From Phallusia mammillata (taxonomy: Eukaryota), in the NCBI GenBank assembly GCA_965637545.1, contig OZ281499.1, forward strand, positions 26,040,001 to 26,104,000: a stretch of 64,000 nucleotides of DNA. The letters run 5' to 3'. Shown here in pieces: positions 24,201-36,435 of this stretch. Both the position numbers and the translations under genes were made by a program. Each line of letters opens with the position of its first letter. The first letter of the stretch is position 1. The notes beneath the pieces are model-generated. The model ran no database searches. It worked only from the letters and a program-made list of their open reading frames with translations, and had not been told where the DNA came from.

Positions 24201-27200
24201 CCAATAAATACCATGCCTTCAATTAGTACACAAAATATGACTAAAATACATTTTTAGAGGATGTGTGGAAGCTTGCTGTAACGACGCTGACAACTGCAAC
24301 ACTTTGACCATCGCTGTACAGACAGGTATAAAGTGTATGGTTGGAACAACTACCACAGTTGGAACCGATCCAGCAACTGGAAGTATGGTGCCCACACATT
24401 GCAGTCCAAATACCTTCTGCGGGAGAACTGAAACCACCACAACAGCAAGTAAGATCCAACATATCTACATAACGTTGCCTTTGAACATTAAAAATTGAAC
24501 AACAAAGATACCACATGACTTGTTTTTTCAGACACTGTCGACACTGTAGTTGTTGTTGGTTCATGTCAAGCTACGGTCACCTCTTGTGAACTACTTTGTG
24601 TTGGTGTTGCGTAAGTAGAATACCACTACTTTAGTCTAGCGACGATGCAAAAAAAATATTCCCTAGTGCAAAACTTTGCCATAAAGTTGTACTTGTTAGT
24701 CATGTTAAAACAAGCAAACTCTAAACATGGTTCTCAAAAAGCAAAATCAAACAAATTAAAACAACGGATAAGCACGCATTATACGCCCACTAAAAGTACA
24801 TGTCAGTTAAAACCACACCAAAAATGTATTACATCCGTAATTTGCATTAGAATAAGGAAAAAAACTAGACAAATATATTTTTGCAAGGTTTCTGCTTTCC
24901 TAAATATGTTTGTTTTATTCACACGGAAAGCAAAATAATACATGTCATATGGTGTTACAGGGGTTGCATGGCAGCATGTTGCAATGATGTCGACAACTGT
25001 AACAGCGAAATAGTCACTGATATAAAGGACGTAGTGAGATGTGGAGATGGTACTCTATCAACGGAAGGAGTATTTCCACGCCCAGCTATGGCATGCTTAT
25101 CTACACAACAATGCGGAAGAACAGAAACAACCACAAGCGGTAATTCAAATTTAGGCTTTATTGCGCGGTTTTAAAAGTTAACTCTTTGGAATAGTAGGTT
25201 TTTTACTTCATACATGTATAGGTAACACTGTGGTTGTGGGATCGTGCACAGCAGCAAGTGCCTGTGCCGGACTCTGCGGCAGCAATGAGTGAGTAACCTT
25301 TACAATCGCAGTTGCATGCTTAAGTACTTGTATAGCCAATCTCACCAAAACAGTTGAGACAGATCCCCCGGAAAACCCCGGCGAAATCATTGCACACAAG
25401 TCTGTATATCACAACAAACAATAACACCAAACACACCTTCAAACGTACGGTCGTAATAGTTACTAATGTTTGTCATGTTTTTGTAGAAATTGTGTTTCTG
25501 CTTGCTGTAACAATGCCGACACATGCAACACTCTAACCGTAGCCATGCAGAACAGTCCAATTTGTATGGTTGGAACAACTACAACAGTTGGAAACAACGC
25601 TGCAACTGGAAGTTTGATGGCCACACATTGTAGTCCCAATATGTTCTGTGGAAGAACTGAAACCACAACAACAGCAGGTGAAAACCATCGGTTTGATGTT
25701 GAAACTATTCGTCTGAACTTTTAACTAAACCACCATTTTGCAGACAACGTGGACACAGTGGTTGTTGTTGGATCATGTCAAGCTTCAGCAGACTCATGCG
25801 ACTTGCTCTGTGCAGATGACTCGTAAGTTTATGAGCTGACACGCTACAAAAATCAACATGATCAATAATGCACAATTTGCAGAAACTGCGTCCGCGCATG
25901 CTGCAACAATGCTGACGGTTGCAACAGTGTCACGGTTGCTATGATGACAAGCACGCTGACTTGTTACGATCAAGCAGTTACAGGAATAGCGACAGCTTTA
26001 ACCACAACAGCTGACTGCACCACCGATCAAGTTTGTGCCAGAACAGAAACCGGAACTGGAAGTAAGTCCTGTTGCTGGGGGTTGCTACTGCGTTCTGTAT
26101 AACTTAGATTTGAATTACATTGAAACTTATTGTAAATTGAAATGGTAACGGTAACTAGTTTTCATTCGGCAGTGAGAATCGCGCACTTTAAACAATCGAT
26201 CTGCATTATTTGTTGTTGAATAAATCAATTTCAACAACACAACTGACAAACGGCTTCCCGTGCGCACAAAAAATACGCGATTTTACTGCCGAACAAAAAT
26301 TTACACCAAAGCAAAGATTCTTTTAACACAATAATGTTCGAACAGATACAGCAGATGTTGTTACATCTTGTCAAGCTGCAACTGCATGTGCAACATTGTG
26401 TGGCTCAACTCAGTAAGTACTCAACTGTGTCACAATTTCTATAACTGCCTGAAACCAGTAACAGTCTCTTGAAGCGCCGTGCACAATACGTCCTAAAAGC
26501 TTGAATCATAGTTTTAGTTTTTGAACCAATGGACTTTGGGTTTTAGGGAACTCCTGATTGGGAAGCAGTGACCCAAATTAATAGCTATCAGCAAACCAGT
26601 TTATTGTATTTCATCAGCCTGTGAGATCAAAACAAAGGTTACAATAGACAAGGGTTAATTTTATTTGTGTGTGTTTTTTATTTGTCCATTTTCTTTGCAG
26701 AAATTGTGTGAGTGCTTGCTGCAGCAGTTCGGATCTCTGCAACAGTTTAACAGTGAGCCAACAAACAGCCCGAAACTGTTACGTTGGAAGTTCAACTTCA
26801 GACACACCAGTTATGGATATGACTTACACTCGGTGCGCTGCATCTGAACAGTGCGGAAGAACTCAAACATCAGTCACATCTGGAAGTAAGTCTTGTGCGA
26901 AGTTACCTAATGCTCGGCTCTTATTTGTACTTTCGTGCGGCCAACCCCAAAGTAAGGTACTGATGAAATGACATTTACTCAATGTTCGGGATTGAATGAA
27001 TCAACCGAGCACATTTACCTTGCAGGTTTTTTTCTAATGCTTTGCTAATCTTCAGGTACAACAACAGTGACTACAGTTGGATCTTGTACAGCAGCAACTG
27101 CATGCGACACTCTCTGTGGAACGTAAGTTGTGAAAACTTAATCATAAAATGTTGTAACTGTCTCACATTTCAAGCAAACATTTGCCCGTAACGTGTATAC

Positions 27201-27518
27201 AAATTAATTCATACTAACTTCGTCCCATCAAGGGTAATAATAACATCATTTCTTTTAACATGCATCTAACATGCTTTTAGAAAAGAAGCAAAACGAACAA
27301 ACGGCTAAACATGATTATCTTATTTTCATAGAGCGGCAAACTGTGTATCAACTTGCTGTGACACTGATGGTTGCAACTCTGCCGCTATTGCCACAACAAC
27401 AACCACTACTACAACCACTGCAGCAGCCACAACAACTACAGCTGGTGCTGAACATGCAGCACAAATTAATATGTTGGTTATGATGGGTCTTGTGGTTCTC
27501 GGTTGGTTCATGGCTTAA
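21240..27518 (+). CDS. Gene 4: signal peptide, 8 LU-like domains, Thr stalk, GPI-type tail (736 aa, 17 exons)
   Basis: Exons 21240-21408, 21733-21805, 21947-22125, 22417-22480, 22561-22742, 23784-23856, 24258-24448, 24532-24610, 24961-25139, 25222-25288, 25487-25677, 25744-25822, 25883-26061, 26346-26412, 26701-26885, 27056-27122, 27332-27518. Total 2211 nt, in frame. Confidence 0.88.
22814..23757. mobile_element. Non-autonomous DNA transposon (MITE-like, TA-flanked) in intron 5 of gene 4
   Basis: Termini TAAGGTACCTGCAGGTATCAAGGCCC and GGGCCTATATACCTTCAGGTACCTTA are ~26-bp inverted repeats with 3 mismatches. Internal GGGCCTTATT repeats; no transposase ORF. Confidence 0.6.
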
Positions 27519-28320
27519 TCGATATGTTTCCAATGCATCAGCATTACTGTGTTTGTGTGATTTAGAGAATATATATTCAAGTTTAAACTATTTTCTTACG
27601 TTGCACATGGATTTCAACCTACTGTGAAGTGTGTTAATGTAAGTTGTGTCTCAGTGTTATGATATATTTAAACTGATTCTGTACATTCCAAAACTGTTTG
27701 CAATTTATATCGCCAAATATAATTTTTTGTAGTGAAATTCCTGTGATTTATTGGGCAGACGAAGTGAAATCGTGTGCACAATAGTTCTACACTCGACGCT
27801 AATGAGTTTCAAAATAAAAAACGCGGAAAAGACGCGTCAACACAAAGGTAGCGCAGTAGAAAACGTTTTTCGATGTCTCGGATTACCCAGTTTTTTACTA
27901 GCTGCAATCACTCAGTACCGATCCATTGGCAATGATGATTTAAGTCAATTCGTTTGTTTCGATTTCACGCAATTCACACTAACGTAATAATGTTACTATA
28001 CGCGTTTCCAACCTTTGTTACGGTGTACTTTAAAATTACACAGTTTAAATTATGAACGAAATTAGTGAGTCCTGTGAAATTTAATGCGAACGCAACTTAA
28101 ACCTAAAAACAGAAACAAGGGTGCTTTTCAAATTTAACAAAAGGCAACAATGACAAGACACAATCTCTGTCATTACTACCAATAAACACAAAAAAGGCCC
28201 GAGTGTTATTACACAAACTTGCCCCACGAGTAAGAACGTTTAGAAAAAAATTTTCGAGTTTATTAATAGTTTATTAAAGAAAGAGAGAGGTTTTTTAGTG
28301 CAACCAAACTTGGTTGAAAA

Positions 28321-28382
28321 GGACGGGACGCTAACGTTGAGTGAATATAAGGTTGGGATCGTATGGTTTTACATCAGTTGAG
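28321..28382 (+). promoter_or_regulatory. Orphan TATA+Inr cassette variant
   Basis: GTGAATATAAGG (T at 28346) and TCAGTT (A at 28376). Also present at 48078/48108 and 58592/58622. Confidence 0.5.
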
Positions 28383-28642
28383 TTGGAGGGAAAAGATGAT
28401 ATTTTGTTTAAGTTTTTGAATTGCAACTTCAGTTTAGACTCTAGAGTTTCGCGGGAATTGGCTGAGATTTTGCGGCGGGTTTCATGAAATCGCTCGAGGC
28501 CAAGTCGCTTGTGGGCCTTGTCGCTTTAAACATTAGTAAATAAGAATTCGCTTTAAACATTGAAGTCAAATTGGCATTTTTTGCTAGGCCATGATTTCCA
28601 GCTATAGTTTGTTCAAACGCAGAATGTTGCGAAAACTTAACC

Positions 28643-31600
28643 AGAAAATCTTACAAGTCGTGGTAGAAACGTTTTCGCATCAAGTAAATTCAGCTTAGAT
28701 TGCGTAACAAAGTTATAAACGCGATTTCGCCAAAAAAAATTTGTCTGTTAATATAAGTGTTGTAAGTGTTTGATATAAGCTGTGTCTGTTAATAGAGAGG
28801 TGTTATGATACGTTTAAACCGATTCTGTACATTCCAAAACCGTTGGATTGTAAAAACGCTAAATATAACTTTTATAAACAATTGCCAGGTGTCATAAAAA
28901 CAACAAAGGAATTTGAAAACCTTTAAACAAACTTAAGTTGATACTCTGGTGGTTGCAACATTTGGAAAGAATGAAGTAATGTCTCTCTAGTAACAAAAAA
29001 TAAAGTTTTTTATTGGTCAAAAAATGCCTTCTAAATTTCACTTATTTAACAAAGATATAGTCAACCACACTACACTTCCTCTTTCGTTGCCCAAAATCAG
29101 TCAGGACACAAAAAAGTAAAAACGGCGGATTTAGTCTTGCGTGAAATACTGACACGAAACCCCTTTTTTGCGTCTCATGGCGGATACCAGTTCCACGTGT
29201 TGTTGATTAAATTCTAATGCCGACTCAACATTCACAGCAGAAGCAAAACTGACTACCGCTGAATTAACAACAACATCGAGCTCCACATTTACTGTTTAAA
29301 AGTGTTGCTGTTTCATACATTTTTTAATGCACATTAATCATATATGCTTGTCGCCGGTGAATATAGCAAGCAATAAATGATTGGTAGAAAAAGTCGAGTA
29401 TCGTCTGTAGCCAAAAGACTGCAGTGAATGATTGGTTAATTAAGATGAATGTGAACAGAAGCGCAATACCAGTCACGACAAAAACACGAGAAATACGCCG
29501 ATCCTCACCGCACACGACGAGTCAACACGTGGAAGCGTCAACCTTTGGAAAATTTCTAATGGAGCTGTGCGAGAGAAAAAGTTTTGGGGTAATCAGACTC
29601 CCTTGAAAGAGTCGGGACGCTACAATGTAGTGAATATAAGGAGGGGCCGCCACGTTTTTGTGCAGTTGAGTTGAGTTTACGGTGAAGTGGGAAGAGAAAG
29701 AAAATCGAGAGTAGTGCGCTTTGGTTTTCGGGCAAAAAGAGAAAGATTTGGCGCAAATCAGTGCCTAATTGTCCGGGACTGGTTGGAATTGTGATCAAAG
29801 GCCCTACACAACTTTGTTTTTTGTGTGCTCGCCTCAGAGCTATGAAAAAGCAATAATAAAAAAGTTTTACACACAATCAACCACAACTTTAGTTTTCAGA
29901 CGCGCAAAAATATTGTTACAACATGTTGTCGGAATGTGAAAAAACGATATTGTTTTAAAAATCATGATAGTAAACGCCATTTTAGTTATGACATAGTATG
30001 AAGGATTGTGGGGTACCGTTTCAAATTTGGGTTTGCAAGTGGCCGAATCAGTTTGGCAAACCGGATACATATCTAGCTTGTACTTAATTCGTTCAATGAG
30101 TTGTTCAAGTAGTCATCGTATATGTGTTAAAAATTTAGTGGTAAGATCATAACTTAATGCCAACAATTTATCCGATCGAACATGTTCGTACAGATATAGT
30201 TGGGATTTGTTTTAACCAATATTATCTTAAATTTAAACGATGGGTCAAGTACGTGCAGCCGCACTGTTGGCTGTTTTTCTTGTGTGTTGCGTTTTTTACA
30301 CCAATGCAGCGGTTACGATGTGCTTGGTTGGTACGGTTGGTAGTGATATCGCAACAGCTGCCTGTACAAACTTCTGCGGAAGAACTGAAATAGTGAGTGG
30401 GGGTAAGTAGCAATTTTGTTAAGAATATAATTTGTTTGTTTGTTTTTGTGATAAGCGACGCACAATGTTTAACAGGGTGTCAAAATTAAAATGGAAAAAC
30501 AAGGTAGAGAATGCAAAAACACACAGCGTCAGAACCGCTTACATTGCACATTGTACTACATTGTAACCGCTTACATTGTATTTGTACCTAGTTATTTACT
30601 TTTGTACATTTCAGAGCATGTTGGATCGTGTGAGGACGATCTCGCCGCTTGTGACGCTCTCTGTGCCGGGTCACTGTGAGTTGATGCAAATAAAATAAAC
30701 AGCATGTTTTACACACCAAAAAGTTTAACGTGGATAAAAAATTTGCACTAGTTTCAATTGACGCCGTTTAAGCATACTTAACGCAACCAAGCACTACAAT
30801 AAATGTTAGCGATAGAAAACAATACCAAGTTATTTTTTTAATATTATTAGTTCATTAATTACTTCAAGAACAACGTTCGTAAATGTGCATGCGACGCAAA
30901 ACAATTTACCTTTATTTTTAGGAACTGTATATCTGCTTGCTGCAATGATGCTAACGACTGCAACTCAGCCGTAGCTACAATGAGAGGGACAGTAAATTGC
31001 GGTGTTGGAACACACGATGGTACAAACTTTCAAACAGCTGAAAAGACATGCGACGCAGGCGATCTGTGTGGAAGGAAGGAAGTAACTGACTCTAGCAATA
31101 GTAAGTCGAGAAAATGAACTTTTATGCTTTTTGCACGCGGATAGACATTAAAATGTTACAGTGGTTTTAGACCACAAATATTTTGTACAACACGCTTCTG
31201 GAAAACTTCTACCAACATTCCTTATTACAGCTTTGACCTTTTGCCAGGGAATCTTGACGGTTAACTTGACTAAACACGTATAAACCATATTACAAAAGCA
31301 TAGTATTTTTGTACCGGTCATGAATATTTTTGTGTTTACTAACAACTTCAAAAATACCAAACTATTAAACAGAAAAAAACGCAAGAATTTAGAAATACAA
31401 ACAAAACTACAAAACTTTTCAGTCGTAACCATCACTGGATCTTGTTCAACTGTGGCTGAATGTGAAGCACTCTGCGATGGCGAAACGTAAGTTGTGTTAG
31501 TCCGAGACATTTCTGGCCCTTTTCGAACAAATGTTACAATTAAAATGTCCCCTGAGTTCCAGCAAAAGTGTAGAATTTAAAATAAATTTGCAGTATTTTT

Positions 31601-33039
31601 CAGCTCTAATGTAACAGTAAAAAACTCATCTGTATTTGCCCGTTTAAAATTAATAATTAAAATTCATGCCCTACCATTACACTTTAAGGGTACATTAAAC
31701 CGTGCACTAAAATTTAGTAACCGTGTAAAATTTGGTAACCAAATTGCTTTACAGCTTTAGGTCCAGTGTGTTGGTAAGGAAAACGAGGTTAGATCAAAAA
31801 ATGTGAAAACCCTGAAACCAAATAGCAATTGTGCATCGGTAGCAAACACAATAAACTGCAAATCGCCACAAATAATAGGCAAAGTGTTGTTGTTGCAGAG
31901 AGCCAGAGACGCATGTGTGTCGGCATGTTGCAATGGTGCTGACACTTGCAATACTTGGACAGTGGCACAAATGAGCAACATTGTAAGATGTGGAACTGGG
32001 GCGGACGCTACAACGCTATTGACTTGTGCGGCTGGATCGCTTTGTGGCAGAATGGAAGTAACTGGTTCAGGTAAGTACGATTTGCTTTGCTCAGTTTTAA
32101 AGTCGCAGGGTCCTGCTAAATAATAGTAGTCGAAAATATATTACAAAGACTAGTGCCTGTTAGCAAATGACTTGGATTCAAATTCGAAAAAAACAAAACA
32201 GTAAAGGGCATTTTACCAATAACATTCTATCCAATATGTCAACTGAAACACAGACCTTACTGCATGAAGTTTGACTTGTTGTGTCGTATTAAATGGCGAT
32301 AGGGATGACCGCAATAACTTTCTTAAATACATTTTTGCATGAAGTTTAAATGTTCGCTTTTTGAATGAAGGTCCAGCAACCACCGGAACATGTTTAACTC
32401 AAGTGGAATGCGACGCCCTCTGTGCCGATACTGCGTAAGTGCAATAAAGCAGTAAACAAGTTGTGCAAGAAGTGCATAACAAACACCAAATAATTTGTCA
32501 CAATGTTTTTGGGGAATTTAAGACCTTTACTGACAATTTATATTGTACATTATTTGTACAAACGGAAACTGCTTTCAGGTTTTTGTTCAAACAAACTAAT
32601 TTGGGCAGTAAACGGTAATTGAAGAAAAAACTCTTTTTACTGATAAAAAAATCGGAAAAAAAACAGGGAAATAAAGTTTATCACAAAAACATTGTGAAAC
32701 ATGGCAAAACGTCTATAAAAATACCTAAAACATGGCAGAAATCATTATAAAAATACCCAAATAAGGATTCAACTTCAATCTGATTAATTATTAGGCAATT
32801 TCAAAAAAACTACCAGAAACAACGTTTAATTTTTTTTCAAACAACAACATAAATGTGAAATCCTTTCAGTCATCATTACTACGAAAATGTGTTTGAAGCA
32901 AAACTCAAATTTCTTTCTTAAGCAAAGCCATTTCAGCTTTATACTTTTCACAGAGATTGCACAGCTGCATGTTGCAACAATGCCGATGACTGCAACAGCC
33001 GAATGGTAGCACAGATCGAAGCTGCCATTGTTTGTGGAA
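28643..33039 (+). repeat. Recent segmental duplication; the other copy is 59601-64000+
   Basis: Spacer and gene 5 exons 1-7 match the spacer and gene 8. Introns are ~99.7% identical by eye. Confidence 0.9.
29515..29670 (+). promoter_or_regulatory. Conserved cassette, core promoter of gene 5
   Basis: CACGTG 29526-31; TATAAG at 29635; GCAGTT with A at 29664. Confidence 0.65.
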
Positions 33040-36000
33040 CGGGAACAATGACAGGAGGATCGTTCCCTTCAGCCACTACTTGTGCCGCCAACGAGCTTTG
33101 CGCAAGAAAGGAAATAACGGGAGGTAAAAAACTGTTTCTTTTTTTTGGAAAAAACGTTATTTTTCAGGCTTTTTAACAACCCAAAGCTAGGAAGTTAGAT
33201 ATATGATCCAATTAGATTACTATCGCGTTCCCAACTATTACAAAAGAGACGAACAGTTCAAGTCGCAAAAAATAAATTGACACAGTAATTCGTACTTTGC
33301 AAAGAGCGTTATTGTTTTGCAAATTATTGTAATAACACAAGAAAGTCAAATTAATTTTCGTGCAGTAGACCAGTTGAAATTCGTTTCAAATGCTAATTCA
33401 ACTAATTTACAAAACTATATGTGTGCAGGTGACACAGTGGGTTCCTGCCAGACACAAGCTGCGTGTGATTTGCTATGTTCTGGAGTAGCGTAAGTTTTTG
33501 TCAAAACTGTGTTCTATTTTAGCTACTTTTTTAATGTAGCTAATGTTTAAATGTTGCCATAAAACAAGTTGTCGAATTGCTTCATCATTTCATTTCACTC
33601 GTGTTACAGAAACTGCGCATATGCGTGTTGCAACAATGCAGATTTTTGCAACACACAAGCAGCCGGGGATATCGACGCAGTCGTTCGGTGCGGGTCTGGA
33701 ACCGCGGACAGCAACGGAGCCTTCACTACAATTATGACTTGCAACACGGACGAACATTGTCGAAGGACTGAAACAACATCAACAGGTAATAGGAATAAAA
33801 CAGCCGTGTTGTGGCAAATGGAATAATTTCAATTATTTTTTTTACAAAGGCACGATTACTGGAAATTGTATTGATGACCCTACGGCGTGCGCTACTGGTT
33901 GCACAGCACCGTAAGTTTTTCAGTTATAAATCTTATATTCGTATATACCTGCCATCATTCAAAGTTTTTTATCAAGCCAATAGCTGTTTTTCAGGTTTTA
34001 TAATACAAGTATAATAGCTTCGATTGTAAAAAAATTTGAATGAAAAATTTGAAATTTGAAAATTTATCAAAAGTTCATTTTGTGCAAGCAAACCATTAAA
34101 TTTGTTTTCGTCACAGAGATTGCGTTTCTGCGTGTTGCAATGACGCAGACTTGTGCAATACTTTGACCATTGCTGTAACGACAGGCAGAGTTTGCATGGT
34201 TGGAACAACTACCACAGTTGGAACTAATGATCCAACTGGAAGTATGGTGGCCACACATTGCCATCCGAATACCTTCTGCGGGCGAACTGAAACCACCACA
34301 ACAGCAAGTAACAACTTGTGGCATTATTTATGGCTGCATACCTCGACACATACTTAATGTGAAGTAATATTACAGATAATGTGAATACTGTGGTGAGTGT
34401 TGGATCATGCCAGGCTGACGTCACTGCCTGTGATTTGCTCTGCACTGGTGTCACGTAAGTTGGACGTTAATATAAGTAAAGAGTAAAAACGTGAAACTCA
34501 AAACCTGTATATGAAAACAGTAAGAACCTCGTTTCTTTTCATTGTTTTACATTGTTATAACAACGGCATTCTGTATTTATTGCTTATTGTTTACATGTAA
34601 ACTTCGATGTAAAATAATACATGTTTCATTGCGTAACAGGGGTTGCGTGGCAGCATGTTGCAATAATGCCGACAACTGTAACAGCGAATCAGTCACTACA
34701 ATCAAGAATGTAGTGACCTGTGGAGTTGGAATTTTTGCTAGTGGAGCTTTTCCAACCCCAGCTATGGCATGCCCAGATACTAACCAATGTGGAAGAACTG
34801 AATTAACAAGTGGAGGTAAGGTTTGACATATTTCATTTGAACATCTTGGATTAACTACACATGGCACTTGCACATTTAAAACTCCCAAATTTAAAACTCC
34901 AAATCATACATAAATTTTTGCGTCAAAATAGGGTAGCGTAAGATACTTTTGTATTATCTTCATGGATTATTTCGTTGTGGAATAATATCTGCCGCCCAAT
35001 GGGAATAGTGAGGCGGAAGTAAAATAAAACCGCAGATCACTCACCTGATCATTAACAAATCAACACACTATTATCCGCATTGAGGGATATTACCCAACTT
35101 AATCGTGTTACACTTCTGTTTTTGGTGCCCGTTTAGTTTTTTTCACTCCGGCCTTTTAACTGATTGCGGGTGTACGGGCATTTACAGGGATTTTTGCCTT
35201 ATCCAGTCATAATTTTTAAATGCCCAAGTGTAAAGTAATTACCTAATTCGATCATTGTAATGTGTTATTTCATAAAGAGAACCTATAGCTTATACTGATC
35301 TATGATCAAACACGGTTTAAAAACTCTGATGTGAATCTTGTTTATTACAGCTGTTGAAGGATTTTGTTCAACGACAGCTCAATGCACAGCTGGACTTTGT
35401 GGAGAAACCTCGTAAGTTTCACATTTCTCTCAATGATTTATACCTAGCATAATGTGCAAAACGCGTCAATCTGCAAATCAAATAAAAACCAAATTTAATC
35501 CAAAACTTATTATTATCGCAACTGAGGTAAATGTTAACCAATAACCCATAATGTGTGTTGCAGAGGTTGTGTGGCGGCTTGTTGCAACGTGGCAGATGGA
35601 TGTAACAGTCTGTCAGTGGCAACACAAATGACAAGACAATGTTTGGTTGGAAGAACCACCCAAGTTGGAACTGCTGCAGCAACTGGAAGTCTGACTGCTA
35701 TGCATTGCCCGGCTGGCGAAATGTGTGGAAGAACACAAACCACAACTACAACTGGAGGTAGGTAGCTGTCACAGTTGCATTGCATCAACAGTTAAAACTA
35801 CAATCGGTTTTATTTTCGCGTGGAATAGGCGTGTACGCAAATCAGGAAACCTAAGCAAAACATTTTAATCTAAAGTCAGGCAGGTTATAAGAAATACAAC
35901 TCGGAAAAGTTTTTATCAAAGATTTCGTATTTTTGTCAACATACAACCTACTAAAACAAAGCAGTCGACATTAGCTTAATCGTAAATTGTAAAAACCTTA

Positions 36001-36435
36001 CTGAGTACAATTCACATGTTTAGGTGAGACCACAGTGGTAACAGATGGAACCTGCAGCACAGCAGCTGAATGCAACGATGGAAACATGCTTTGCAATGGG
36101 TGAGTTGATTAAACAAATCTACCTTTTGGTGATTGTCGAATAAAAATGTCGCATCCTTCAAAATCATAGCACAAAACAACTTTAAAAAAAGTTAATGCCC
36201 ATTGACTTAAAAAAATATGTTCTGCAGGGCTAAAGGTTGCATCGAATATTGCTGTGACACTGATGGTTGCAACTCTGCCGCTGTCACTACAACAACAACC
36301 ACAACAACTACAACCACTACAACAACTGCAGCAACAACCACAGCTGGTGCTGAACATGCAGCACAAATTAATATGTTGGTGATGATGGGTCTTGTGGTTC
36401 TCGGTTGGTTCATGGCTGTAGCGGTTGCGACATAA
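30240..36435 (+). CDS. Gene 5: signal peptide, 8 LU-like domains, Thr stalk, GPI-type tail extended by 5 LTR-derived residues (715 aa, 17 exons)
   Basis: Exons 30240-30402, 30615-30675, 30922-31100, 31423-31486, 31907-32070, 32371-32434, 32954-33123, 33429-33489, 33610-33785, 33850-33910, 34117-34307, 34376-34454, 34640-34815, 35351-35411, 35564-35757, 36024-36099, 36228-36435. Total 2148 nt, in frame if the CAG at 31904-06 is the acceptor. Ends GWFMAVAVAT*. Confidence 0.82.

Noticed and set aside
26950-26975. Other CTGATGA matches (e.g. ~26960, ~47703) as further hammerheads
   Set aside because: No stem II or GAAA-stem III-UH context follows.
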